Of a DNA stretch of 59,875 nt, positions 27,452-36,357 are shown piece by piece (the first letter of the stretch is position 1; every line of letters begins with the position of its first letter). The position numbers were made by a program, and so were the translations under genes. The notes beneath the pieces are model-generated. The model saw nothing but the letters and a program-made list of their open reading frames with translations, did no database searches and was not told the origin of the DNA. This stretch comes from Actinomycetota bacterium (GTDB lineage: Bacteria > Actinomycetota > Thermoleophilia > RBG-16-64-13), in the NCBI GenBank assembly GCA_036795215.1, contig DAIRFC010000003.1, positions 17,600 through 77,474 on the forward strand, written 5' to 3'.

Positions 27452-28090
27452 ATGCACGTGGTCATAGTGGCCGGCTCGAGTCTGGCGGGAGAGCTCGACG
27501 CCTATCTGTTCAATGACGCCGATCTCGTGGTCGCCGTGGACGCCGGGGCCGAGGCGCTCACGAGAGTGGGCCTGACGCCCGACGTACTGATCGGCGATAT
27601 GGATTCCATCAGCGTGGCCACCCGCCTCATGATGGAAGCACGGGGTGTGGAGGTGGTGCTTCTCGAGACGGCCAAAGACGAGACCGACACGGAGGCTGCA
27701 CTGCGCCTGGCCGTCGACCGGGGCGGGGAGGCCGTGACGGTGTATGGAGCGCTGGGCGGGCCGCGCCTGGACCATCTCATGGGCAATCTGATGCTGCTCG
27801 CCTCGCCCTGGCTGGAGGGCGTGGGCGTGCGCATGGTCGACGAGCAACACGAAGCGTTCTTGGTAGGGGGAGACGTCATATTCGGAGGGCGGGAGGGCGA
27901 CATCGTATCGTTGTTGCCGTTGACCCCCGAGGTGGCGGATGTGCGGACCATGGGCCTGCGCTATCCCCTCAACGGCGAGACCCTGTTTCGAGCCGCGACC
28001 CGAGGGGTCAGTAACGCCATGACCGGCCCCGAGGCGCGGGTGACCCATGGAGAAGGCGTGCTTCTCCTGATCCACTATCGAGGGAGGTAG
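27452..28090 (+). CDS. thiN: Thiamine pyrophosphokinase
   Basis: VAVDAGA..PDVLIGDMDS..KDETDTEAAL..GALGGPRLDH is typical of TPK. GAGGAG lies upstream of the ATG. Confidence 0.85.
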   Translation: MHVVIVAGSSLAGELDAYLFNDADLVVAVDAGAEALTRVGLTPDVLIGDMDSISVATRLMMEARGVEVVLLETAKDETDTEAALRLAVDRGGEAVTVYGALGGPRLDHLMGNLMLLASPWLEGVGVRMVDEQHEAFLVGGDVIFGGREGDIVSLLPLTPEVADVRTMGLRYPLNGETLFRAATRGVSNAMTGPEARVTHGEGVLLLIHYRGR

Positions 28091-28092
28091 AC

Positions 28093-28437
28093 ATGGCGAA
28101 AGTAGACAAAGGACCCGGATATATGAGCCAGGAGGTCATGGGCTGCCAGTTCTCCATCTATCCCCTGCGGCAGACGGATATCGGCGTGCCCATCAGGGAG
28201 GCCGTCGAGGCGGCCCGCGCTGAGGGTTGCTCGGTGAGGGTGGGCAATCTGAGCACCCTTCTCACCGGCAGTGAAGACCAGGTCTTCGCCGGGCTGCGGG
28301 CGGCGTTCCGCGCCGCGCAGCGGCACGGCTCCACGGTGATGGCCGCCACCTTTGCGGCCGGCATCCCCACGGACGAGCTGGTGGGTGAGATCCAAGAGCA
28401 GGTCGACGCCGGCCCGGCGCACCATGAGGGCGCGTGA
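28093..28437 (+). CDS. ykoF: YkoF-like HMP/thiamine-binding protein (single ACT-like domain)
   Basis: CQFSIYPL...start and size fit the YkoF/MTH1187 fold. Sits in a ykoFEDC-type operon behind a TPP riboswitch. Confidence 0.65.
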   Translation: MAKVDKGPGYMSQEVMGCQFSIYPLRQTDIGVPIREAVEAARAEGCSVRVGNLSTLLTGSEDQVFAGLRAAFRAAQRHGSTVMAATFAAGIPTDELVGEIQEQVDAGPAHHEGA

Positions 28438-29087
28438 GGTTGGCCATGGCTCGGTTCTTCGACATGATGCGGCGCGGCGTCGCAGCCGCCGCGCGCGGCG
28501 TCGGTCTCACCTTCAAAGAATGGACCACCCGCGAACTGGTGGTGGCCGCCGTGTTGTCGGTGGCCGTGGGGGTCATCTTCTGGGCCTGGGGTCTCTTGTG
28601 GACCAGCGTCTTCAGCCTCATACCCTTCCCCTTTCACTATGCGACCGTGGGAGTCTGGATGACCGGAGGCCTGCTGGTGCCCTATGTGGTGCGGAGGCCC
28701 GGCGCCGCTCTCGTGGGCGAGATCGTCGCGGCCTTCGTGAGCATGGCCCTCGGCAATCAGTGGGGCATCCTCACCATGGCGAGCGGAATCGTGCAGGGAG
28801 TGGGGGCGGAGATCGTCTTCGGGGCCTTCAGGTGGAAGCGCTTCAAAGGCGTGGCGCTCTACGGCGCCGCGGGCTTGGCCGGTTTGTTCAGCATCATCCT
28901 CGACACGTTCGTCTACAGCTACTACGCGATGTATTCCGGCAGTAGCATCCTGGTGGCGGCGGTTCTCTGCATCGTGAGTTCGGTGGTGCTGGGTGGAGGC
29001 TTAGCGCTGCTCCTGGGGGAGGCGCTTGCCAAGACCGGCGTGCTCTCGGGCCTGGAGATCTCGCGGGGGAAGGTGAAGAGGGTCTGA
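28434..29087 (+). CDS. ykoE: ECF-type transporter substrate-capture (S) component, YkoE family (HMP/thiamine)
   Basis: Polytopic membrane protein (WTTRELVVAAVLS..., about 6 TM helices) between ykoF and the duplicated ATPase. Start is GTG 28434 (GTGA overlap) or ATG 28446. Confidence 0.7.
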   Translation: MRLAMARFFDMMRRGVAAAARGVGLTFKEWTTRELVVAAVLSVAVGVIFWAWGLLWTSVFSLIPFPFHYATVGVWMTGGLLVPYVVRRPGAALVGEIVAAFVSMALGNQWGILTMASGIVQGVGAEIVFGAFRWKRFKGVALYGAAGLAGLFSIILDTFVYSYYAMYSGSSILVAAVLCIVSSVVLGGGLALLLGEALAKTGVLSGLEISRGKVKRV

Positions 29088-30892
29088 ACGATTCTGACGC
29101 TCCACCTGAGGTAGAGTCTGCGGGACTGTCGTTCACGTACGCGTCCCGGCTACTGCCGGCACTCACCGATCTGTCGTTCGTCCTGCAGCCCGGTAAGACC
29201 ACGTTGGTATTGGGTCCCAGCGGGTCGGGCAAGAGCACGCTGACCCTCTGTCTGGACGGCCTGATACCGCACGTGGTGGAGGGCGACTACTCCGGGCGGG
29301 TGAGCGTTGCCGGCCTGCTGGTGGGCGACACGCCCGTGCACGTATTGGCTCAGCAGGCCGGCTTGGTCTTTCAGGACCCCGACGCCCAGTTCTGCACCCT
29401 CACAGTGGAAGATGAGGTGGCCTTTGGTCTGGAGAACCTTGGCCGGGCGCCCGGGGACATCGAGGCCGCGATCGACGCGGCGCTCGATTCGGTGGGACTG
29501 GCCGGGTATCGCGGGCGCCGGTTGGACATGCTCTCGGGCGGCGAGAAGCAGCGCGTGGCGTTGGCGGCCGTGCTGGCCATGGGTCCGCGGCTGCTGGTGC
29601 TCGACGAGCCCTCGGCCAACCTCGATCCCCGGGCCACGTCGGAGCTCTTCACCCTGCTGCGTGGGCTGGCTCACGACCGGCGGCATACCGTGGTCATCAT
29701 CGAACACAAGCTCGACGACGTGATCGACTGGGTCGACCGCGTGCTGGTGCTGGACGCCCACGGGCGTCTTCTCTGTCAGGGCGATGCGCGGGAGGTCTTC
29801 TACGCGCACGGCGGCGCGCTCCAGGCGGCCGGGGTGTGGCGGCCGCAGACGGTGGAGTTGGTGACGGGCCTGCGCGAGGCCGGCTGGGAGGTGGAGGGTA
29901 GCCCGCTGGGAGTGGCTGAGACCGCGGCCGCCTTGGCTGCGACGCCGGGGCTCACCGGCCGCCTGCGGGAGGCCGCCGGCTCCCACGGTGGGAGCGGCGG
30001 CGCCCCGCCCGGTCCGGACGAGCCCCTCCTCGCCGTGAAGGACCTCACCTTTCGCTATTCCAACGCCAAGGAGATGCCGGCCGCGCTCACTGAGGTGACC
30101 ATGTCCATGCCTCGGGGAGCCTTCCTCGCCATCGCGGGAGCCAACGGGGCCGGCAAGAGCACCCTGGGGGCTCTCATGACGGGCGTGCTCCGGCCTCCTC
30201 GGGGCCACGTGTTCCTCGAAGGCGAGGACGTGACGGACAGTGGTCCACATGCTCTGAGCAGCCGTGTGGGGTACGTGTTCCAGAATCCCGAGCACCAGTT
30301 CGTCAGCGACACGGTCGTGGGCGAGCTTGCCTACAGCCTCTCGCCCAAGGCAGCCCGCAAAGGAGCCCGGCATCTCACCGACGCCCAACGGGGGCTGACC
30401 GAGACGTGGCTCGACCGCCTCGGCTTGTTGAACCTGGCTCAAGCCAACCCCTTCACCCTCAGCCAAGGGCAGAAGCGCAGGCTCAGCGTGGCGGCCCTTC
30501 TCATCCGCGGGCAGTCGGCGCTGGTCCTGGACGAGCCCACCCTGGGCCAGGATGAGTCCCAGGCCGGCCGGATGATGGCCATGATGCAGGAGTTCCGGGC
30601 CGCGGGTGGCACCGTGGCCATGATCACCCACGACATGAGGCTGGTTTCCGAGTATGCGGATTCGCTCCTTGTCCTTTCACATGGCGGCGTGATGTACTCG
30701 GGCGCCCCCGCCGGCTTCTTCGCCCGCCCGGAACTCGTGGAGGCAAGTGGTCTCGCGGTGCCCGCCATAGGCCGGGTGTGCACTCATATGCACGCGCCGG
30801 CGGCGTTCTCGAACGGTCTGCTGACGGTCCGGGCGTTCCTGGAGACGGCCGGCGCCGGGCCGGGCCGGGGGATAGGACCTGGTGGCGAGTGA
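29084..30892 (+). CDS. ykoD: ECF transporter duplicated ATPase (YkoD-type, two ABC domains)
   Basis: Two sets of ABC motifs: GPSGSGKST / LSGGEKQRV / LVLDEP and GANGAGKST / LSQGQKRRL / LVLDEP. The ABC N-terminus (VESAGLSFTYAS...) lies upstream of the first TTG (29204). Proposed start is CTG 29084, in a CTGA overlap 7 nt after AAGGTGA. Confidence 0.85.
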   Translation: MNDSDAPPEVESAGLSFTYASRLLPALTDLSFVLQPGKTTLVLGPSGSGKSTLTLCLDGLIPHVVEGDYSGRVSVAGLLVGDTPVHVLAQQAGLVFQDPDAQFCTLTVEDEVAFGLENLGRAPGDIEAAIDAALDSVGLAGYRGRRLDMLSGGEKQRVALAAVLAMGPRLLVLDEPSANLDPRATSELFTLLRGLAHDRRHTVVIIEHKLDDVIDWVDRVLVLDAHGRLLCQGDAREVFYAHGGALQAAGVWRPQTVELVTGLREAGWEVEGSPLGVAETAAALAATPGLTGRLREAAGSHGGSGGAPPGPDEPLLAVKDLTFRYSNAKEMPAALTEVTMSMPRGAFLAIAGANGAGKSTLGALMTGVLRPPRGHVFLEGEDVTDSGPHALSSRVGYVFQNPEHQFVSDTVVGELAYSLSPKAARKGARHLTDAQRGLTETWLDRLGLLNLAQANPFTLSQGQKRRLSVAALLIRGQSALVLDEPTLGQDESQAGRMMAMMQEFRAAGGTVAMITHDMRLVSEYADSLLVLSHGGVMYSGAPAGFFARPELVEASGLAVPAIGRVCTHMHAPAAFSNGLLTVRAFLETAGAGPGRGIGPGGE

Positions 30893-31689
30893 TGTCCGCG
30901 GCGGCGTCAGTGTCAGGTTATCTGCAGAAGCTGAACCCGAGCGTCAAATTGCTGGTGGTCGCCCTGGTGGGCCTGTGTCTCACCTTTCTCTACGACCCCG
31001 TGACTCCGGCCATACTCCTGCTGGTCGTTCTGCTGGCCGGGCGTGTCCTGGGGGGTCTAAGACTCTGGTCGCAGTTGAAGCCGCTCTGGGTGTTCCTCCT
31101 AGCCGGGATAGCCATCCTGGTGGCCAACATCCTCTTCAACAAGGAGAACCAGACCGCCGAGGCCATCTTCTATCTCGGTTCGGTGAAGATCACGGGTCCG
31201 GCTTTGTGGGCCGCCGGGACCCTGTGGGTGCGCCTGCTCTGTTTTGCGCTGCTGTCACTCGTCTTCGTCAAGACCACCGAGCCGCAGCGGCTCATCCTCA
31301 GCTTGGTCCATCAGCTGCATCTGAACTACCGGGTGGCCTACGGCACCATGGTGGGCTACCGGATGCTGCCTCTGTTCCAGACCGACTACCAGACCATACG
31401 CGCCGCCCAGAGGGTGAGGGGCGCCCGCGAGGCCACGGGCCTCCTGCATCTGTGGTCGCGGACGCGGCGTTACACCATCCCGCTGTTGGCCGGGGCGGTG
31501 CGCAAGGCGGGACGGATCGCCCTGGCCATGGATGCCAGGGCCTTCGGCGCTCTGCCCGAACGCACTTACCGTGAACGCATGGTCGTGCGGCGCTCCGACT
31601 GGGTGTTCTTGGCCTGTGCGGTGCTGTTGGTCGCTGTCGTGGTGCTCGCTTGCTGGGCCTGCGGCATAGCGAGGTTCGCCATAGAGTGA
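30892..31689 (+). CDS. ykoC: ECF transporter transmembrane (T) component (EcfT/CbiQ, YkoC)
   Basis: Polytopic, with the EcfT-type ARAFG motif (AMDARAFG). TGATG overlap with ykoD. Confidence 0.8.
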   Translation: MSAAASVSGYLQKLNPSVKLLVVALVGLCLTFLYDPVTPAILLLVVLLAGRVLGGLRLWSQLKPLWVFLLAGIAILVANILFNKENQTAEAIFYLGSVKITGPALWAAGTLWVRLLCFALLSLVFVKTTEPQRLILSLVHQLHLNYRVAYGTMVGYRMLPLFQTDYQTIRAAQRVRGAREATGLLHLWSRTRRYTIPLLAGAVRKAGRIALAMDARAFGALPERTYRERMVVRRSDWVFLACAVLLVAVVVLACWACGIARFAIE

Positions 31690-31733
31690 CAGGCCGGCCT
31701 GTGCCGAGGGGCTCGGCGGCCGTTTCGGCCGGG
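31690..31733. terminator. Convergent intergenic spacer with short GC hairpins (candidate bidirectional terminator)
   Basis: CAGGCC/GGCCTG, CCGAG-GGG-CTCGG and CGGCCG-TTT-CGGCCG (31717-31731). Confidence 0.3.
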
Positions 31734-33455
31734 CTACTTGTAGAAGGTGATCTCGGAGATCTCGACGCCCCAGCGGTTCTCGGTGAGCGGCACGAGTTCG
31801 GTGAACCAGAACCGTCCATGGTCGATGGGGGAGCTCAGCGAGATGATCTGGTTCGACTGGCCGTCGAGCGTACGTAGCTTCGAGAGGCCGCCGGAGTCGA
31901 GCGGCTGCAGGAGCTCGCCCTTCCACCCCTCCACCAACGACGAGATCTCGATGATGGTGACCTCCTCCTCGAGCTCGAACTCGAGGCCCACACCTGTCTT
32001 CAGCCCGCCGAAGGCCTCGGAGCGGTAGAGCTCCGTGGACCAGGTGGTGTTCTGCTTGCCATCGTAGAGATTCGGAAGACGGTCGGGATTCTCCACGTTG
32101 TCTCCCTCGGGGTCGTAGTCCACCATGCTCACGACCACGACCTCCTCGGGCTCCCTGGTCACGGTGAGCCGCAGGATGTCGTCGGGCGAGTCCTGGCCTT
32201 CGACCGGGTCTTGGTCTTGCACGACGCCCGCCTCGTCGGTGAACGACGGCACCTGGTCGATCACCTCGACCTCCATGCCGGCGCTCTCGGCCAGCTCCTT
32301 TGCTTCGTCAAGAGTGAGCCCTCTCACGTAAGGGGTCCCGTCTCCGGACAACATGAGGGCCAGCACCACGACGGCGGCCACCACCAGGGCCAGCGCCGCG
32401 ACGGCCCCCAGTATCTTCCAGCGCCGCTTGGTCCGCCGCTGCTTGGCCAGCACCCTGGCCTGTTCGCGAGCCCAGAGGGTGTCGTCGGCATCGTCGCCGT
32501 GCCCCGTGGTCTCTCCGGCCGCCGCACCCGCGCGCGGGCGGCGGGCGGCGCGGTCGTCTTCGTCACGGCGGCCGTGGCGTCTGCGGGGTGCGCTCACCTC
32601 CTGGACCCGCTGAGGAGCATAGAGGCCGAGGCCCACGAGGGCGCCGAGCAGTTCGTCCATTGAAGAGAAGCGGTCCTCGGGGAGTTTTTCCAGGCAGCGC
32701 ATCACCACCTTCTCCAGCCCGTCGGGCAGGTTGGGCCGGATCTCTCCCAGGGGGGCCGGCGTGGCGTTGAGGTGCATCCTGGCTATCTCGGGCATATTGG
32801 TGCCGTCGAACGGCGGCTGGCCGGCCAGCATCTCGTACATCACGATGCCCAGAGAGTAGATGTCCGAGCGGGCGTCCACCGGTTTGCTGCGGATCTGCTC
32901 GGGAGACATGTAGCGGGCGCTGCCTATGATCGATCCGGCGCGGGTGACACGGGTCCAATCGGGGCCGGTGGCTATGCCGAAATCGGAGACCTTGGCGTGG
33001 CCGTTGCGGTCGATGAGGATGTTCTGCGGCTTTACGTCACGGTGAAAGATGCCGGCGAGATGGGCCGTCGCAAGCCCCTCGGCCACCTGGCCGGCTATGC
33101 GGCCGAACTCACCCACACCCATGAGCCCCTCGCGGATGAGGTCTTTGAGCGACCGCCCCTCGACGTATTCGAACACGAGGTAGTCCTCGTTGTCACTGGA
33201 GCCTCGGTCGATGAGCGTCACGAGGTTGGGGTGGGAGAGTTGCGCGAGCGCGCGGCCTTCGCGGTCGAACCTGGCCCGGGTACGCGGGTCTTCGCTCAGG
33301 AGAGGGTCGAGACGCTTCACAGCCACGTTGCGTTGCAGGCGCGTATCCCAAGCCTGGTAGACGATGCACATGCCACCGCGACCCAGCACCCGGCCCAATC
33401 GATATCGGTTCTTTAGGAGCGGTCCCGCTCCGGTTTCGTCGCTCGTGTCAGTCAT
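31734..33455 (-). CDS. Hanks-type Ser/Thr protein kinase with TM helix, one PASTA domain and a C-terminal beta-sandwich (discoidin/galactose-binding-like) domain
   Basis: Kinase motifs GRGGMCIVYQA, VAVK, HRDVKPQNIL, DFG and SPEQ. TM segment ILGAVAALALVVAAVVVLALML. PASTA-like VRGLTLDEAKELAESAGMEVEV. C-terminal ...NPDRLPNLYDGKQNTTWSTE.... Start is ATG 33455 or 33509. Confidence 0.85.
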   Translation of the reverse strand: MTDTSDETGAGPLLKNRYRLGRVLGRGGMCIVYQAWDTRLQRNVAVKRLDPLLSEDPRTRARFDREGRALAQLSHPNLVTLIDRGSSDNEDYLVFEYVEGRSLKDLIREGLMGVGEFGRIAGQVAEGLATAHLAGIFHRDVKPQNILIDRNGHAKVSDFGIATGPDWTRVTRAGSIIGSARYMSPEQIRSKPVDARSDIYSLGIVMYEMLAGQPPFDGTNMPEIARMHLNATPAPLGEIRPNLPDGLEKVVMRCLEKLPEDRFSSMDELLGALVGLGLYAPQRVQEVSAPRRRHGRRDEDDRAARRPRAGAAAGETTGHGDDADDTLWAREQARVLAKQRRTKRRWKILGAVAALALVVAAVVVLALMLSGDGTPYVRGLTLDEAKELAESAGMEVEVIDQVPSFTDEAGVVQDQDPVEGQDSPDDILRLTVTREPEEVVVVSMVDYDPEGDNVENPDRLPNLYDGKQNTTWSTELYRSEAFGGLKTGVGLEFELEEEVTIIEISSLVEGWKGELLQPLDSGGLSKLRTLDGQSNQIISLSSPIDHGRFWFTELVPLTENRWGVEISEITFYK

Positions 33456-33541
33456 GCGATAGGATGAAGACTCGTGGCTCTTGGACACAAAGTAACGAGA
33501 CACTATCATAGAACTTGTCGGAGGATGGGAGGTGACGCTGA

Positions 33542-33742
33542 GTGATCTACTACGTGATCCCCCGCGAGCTGGCAGACAAGTACTACAAAGAATTCCAGAA
33601 GCGCTTCGCCGGGGTCGAAGGTGTGGAAGTCATAATCGACCGGCGTGAGATCGACCGGCGCGTGCAGAGCGAAGGAGGAGGCAAGCGGGTCGTCCGCGAC
33701 CGGCGCCGCCGTCGCATGAGTGGTACTTTTCCGGACGTGTGA
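33542..33742 (+). CDS. Small (66 aa) protein with Arg-rich C-terminus, unknown function
   Basis: GTG start 8 nt after GGGAGGTGA. GTGA overlap with the next gene. C-terminal DRREIDRR...RVVRDRRRRR. Confidence 0.5.
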   Translation: MIYYVIPRELADKYYKEFQKRFAGVEGVEVIIDRREIDRRVQSEGGGKRVVRDRRRRRMSGTFPDV

Positions 33743-34455
33743 TCATGCCCCCATCTGGCCTCAGGCTGGATCTTCACAACCACACATCCTACTCCGCCGA
33801 CGGGCTCATGCCGCCGGCCGTGTTGCTTGCCACAGCCAAGGCCAAGGGTATCCATTGTCTGGCGGTGACCGATCACAACACCGTCAAGGGAGCGCTCGAG
33901 GCGGTGGCTCTGGCCGAAGCGGATCTGGAACTCCCGAGAGTGATCCCCGGCATAGAGTTGACGACCGCGGTCGGAGAGATCATCGGATTGTACGTGTGGG
34001 AGGATATCCCCAGGGGTCTTTCTCTATTCGAATCGGTTGACCGCATCAGAGGCCAGGGCGGCGTGGTGTATCTCCCTCATCCCTATGCCTTTTTCAGACG
34101 GGGGGCCATCTCTCGGGGCGCGCGCCTGCAGGCCGCCGAGCTGTCCGACATCGTCGAGGTGGTCAACGGACGCTCCCTGGGACCGCACGCGGCCAAGAGG
34201 TCACGGGCGTTGGCGCGCAAGACCGGTAGGCCGGGCGGCGCCGGGAGCGACGCTCACCGGGAGGCTGAGGTGGGCACGGCCTGGGTCACCGTGGAGGCGT
34301 ACCCTGCGCGAGACATCCTGGTCCAGTTGGTCGCCGAGGGCGTCATCGAACACGATCTTGGTGTGCGGCAGTACGTGATGAATCTGGGGATGCAGAACCT
34401 GGCTCCGGTGACGCGGTTGCGCCGCCGGGTCTCGGGAGAGCTATCGAGGAGGTAG
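33739..34455 (+). CDS. PHP-domain metal-dependent phosphoesterase
   Basis: LDLHNHTSYSADG...AVTDHNT...LPHP...GSDAH is the PHP His/Asp ligand pattern. Confidence 0.8.
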   Translation: MIMPPSGLRLDLHNHTSYSADGLMPPAVLLATAKAKGIHCLAVTDHNTVKGALEAVALAEADLELPRVIPGIELTTAVGEIIGLYVWEDIPRGLSLFESVDRIRGQGGVVYLPHPYAFFRRGAISRGARLQAAELSDIVEVVNGRSLGPHAAKRSRALARKTGRPGGAGSDAHREAEVGTAWVTVEAYPARDILVQLVAEGVIEHDLGVRQYVMNLGMQNLAPVTRLRRRVSGELSRR

Positions 34456-34460
34456 CAACG

Positions 34461-35510
34461 GTGGGCGGAGTCGAGCCCGCGCAACCGGTACGGGCGGCGC
34501 TCTGGAGCAAATGGCGGGGTGGTCCACGCGTCCATTGTTTTCTCTGCGCGCATCACTGCCTCATCGCACCCGGGGAGCGGGGCCGATGCGGGGTACGCGA
34601 GAACCGCGATGGGGTCCTGTACACACTGGTGTACGGACGCGCGGTCTCCACGGCCGTCGATCCTATCGAGAAGAAGCCCCTCTTCCATTTCTTGCCCGGT
34701 AGCAGGACTTTCTCGCTGGCCACGGTGGGCTGTAACTTCGTCTGCGATTTCTGTCAGAACTCCGATATCAGCCAGATGCCTCGCGAGCGGGGCGCCATCG
34801 TCGGAGACCTGCATCCTCCGGAGGAGATCGTGCGGGCGGCGCTCGAGACCGGCTGCCTCAGCATCTCCTACACCTACACCGAACCCACCGTCTTCTACGA
34901 GTATGCCCGGGACTGCGCACGCCTGGCCGTCGAGAACGGTCTGAAGAACGTCTTCGTGACCAACGGGTACATGACGGGTCAAGCGTTGCAGGATATCGAC
35001 GGCCTTCTGCACGCGGCCAACGTAGATCTGAAGGCCTTCTCCGACGACTTCTACCGGTCCTTTGCCGGTGCGCGACTCAAACCGGTGTGCGACACCATAC
35101 GCCGCATGTGGGACATGGGGATGTGGGTGGAGGTCACCACGCTCCTCATACCGGGCCGCAACGACGGGGCGGACGAACTGCACTCGCTGGCGGCCTTCCT
35201 GGCGTCGGTCTCGCCCGACATCCCCTGGCACGTTTCGCGCTTCTACCCCGCCTACGGCTTGCTCGATACACCGCCCACGCCGGTGACCACCATCGAACGA
35301 GCCCTCGCGATAGGTCGCGAGGAAGGCCTGAACTACGTCTATGGCGGGAACATCCCAGGACACGACTCGGAATCGACCGTTTGCCCGGGTTGTGGGGAGG
35401 TCGTGATCGAGCGGCAAGGCTACAGAGTGGCGAGAAGACCGGTGAGTGGAGGCAAGTGTCCGCGCTGCGGCCGGTCCATAGCCATGCGTGAGAGAGAGGT
35501 GGAGTCATGA
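34461..35510 (+). CDS. AmmeMemoRadiSam-system radical SAM enzyme
   Basis: CxxxCxxC cluster CNFVCDFCQN preceded by DPIEKKPLFHFLPGS. N-terminal CFLCAHHC..RCGVREN and C-terminal CPGCG...CPRCG are typical of this family. Confidence 0.85.
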   Translation: MGGVEPAQPVRAALWSKWRGGPRVHCFLCAHHCLIAPGERGRCGVRENRDGVLYTLVYGRAVSTAVDPIEKKPLFHFLPGSRTFSLATVGCNFVCDFCQNSDISQMPRERGAIVGDLHPPEEIVRAALETGCLSISYTYTEPTVFYEYARDCARLAVENGLKNVFVTNGYMTGQALQDIDGLLHAANVDLKAFSDDFYRSFAGARLKPVCDTIRRMWDMGMWVEVTTLLIPGRNDGADELHSLAAFLASVSPDIPWHVSRFYPAYGLLDTPPTPVTTIERALAIGREEGLNYVYGGNIPGHDSESTVCPGCGEVVIERQGYRVARRPVSGGKCPRCGRSIAMREREVES

Positions 35511-36346
35511 CACTCGTGGGCTGCTTCGTGACGCCGCACCCCGCCATCATCGTGCCGGAGGTGGGGCAGGAACACATCTCGGAGGTCCGCTCGACCGTGG
35601 ACGCCATGTTGGAGGCGGGGGAACATGCCGCCGCCCTGGCTCCCGAGACCATAGTGTTGCTCTCTCCCCACGCATCCATAGCCGGCTACCGGATGGGGAT
35701 CTCCCCGGCGCGTGCCTACAAGGGCTCTTTGGCCTACTTCAGGGCGCCTCACGTCCGTCTGGAGTGTGAAGGCGACCAAGTGCTGGCCCAAGCGATCCTG
35801 GACGAAGCGACGCAACACGGCGTCCCGGCCGTCGCCACCACCTCTCCGGCCGAGGTGGTCGACCTCGACTGGGGCGCACTGGTGCCGCTCCTCTACCTCA
35901 CGGGCGCGATGCAGAAGCCCTGTGCGCTGGTGCTGCTGTCGTTCTCGGGCCTGAGCATCGAGGAGCACGTCCGGTTCGGCGAGTTGGCCGGCCGCGCGAT
36001 GTGTGAGGCCTCAAAGCGGGTGCTGTACGTCGCGAGCGGCGACCTCAGCCACAGGTTGATGCCGGGTGCTCCGGCCGGTTTCGACCCGAAAGGCGCCGAG
36101 TTCGACAACGAGATCGTCGAGTCGTTCGCCGCCGGGGACTGGGACCGTCTGTTGGGCATCCGCTCAAGCCTGGTGGCAGCCGCGGGAGAGTGCGGCTATC
36201 GTTCGTTGGCGGTGCTGTCGGGGGTGGTGGCCGCGGCTGAGGCCGGCGGAGCCGCGACCAGCAACCGCGTCCTTTCGTACGAAGGACCGTTTGGAGTAGG
36301 ATATCTGGTGGGTGAGGTCGAGGTCTCGCAAACGTCACAGGAGTGA
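35507..36346 (+). CDS. LigB/Memo-superfamily protein (class III extradiol dioxygenase B-subunit-like)
   Basis: PHPAIIVPEVG, LLSPHAS, DWGALVPL, SGDLSHRL and GECGYRS. ATGA overlap with the radical SAM gene. Confidence 0.7.
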   Translation: MTLVGCFVTPHPAIIVPEVGQEHISEVRSTVDAMLEAGEHAAALAPETIVLLSPHASIAGYRMGISPARAYKGSLAYFRAPHVRLECEGDQVLAQAILDEATQHGVPAVATTSPAEVVDLDWGALVPLLYLTGAMQKPCALVLLSFSGLSIEEHVRFGELAGRAMCEASKRVLYVASGDLSHRLMPGAPAGFDPKGAEFDNEIVESFAAGDWDRLLGIRSSLVAAAGECGYRSLAVLSGVVAAAEAGGAATSNRVLSYEGPFGVGYLVGEVEVSQTSQE

Positions 36347-36357
36347 GGGGCCGTACG

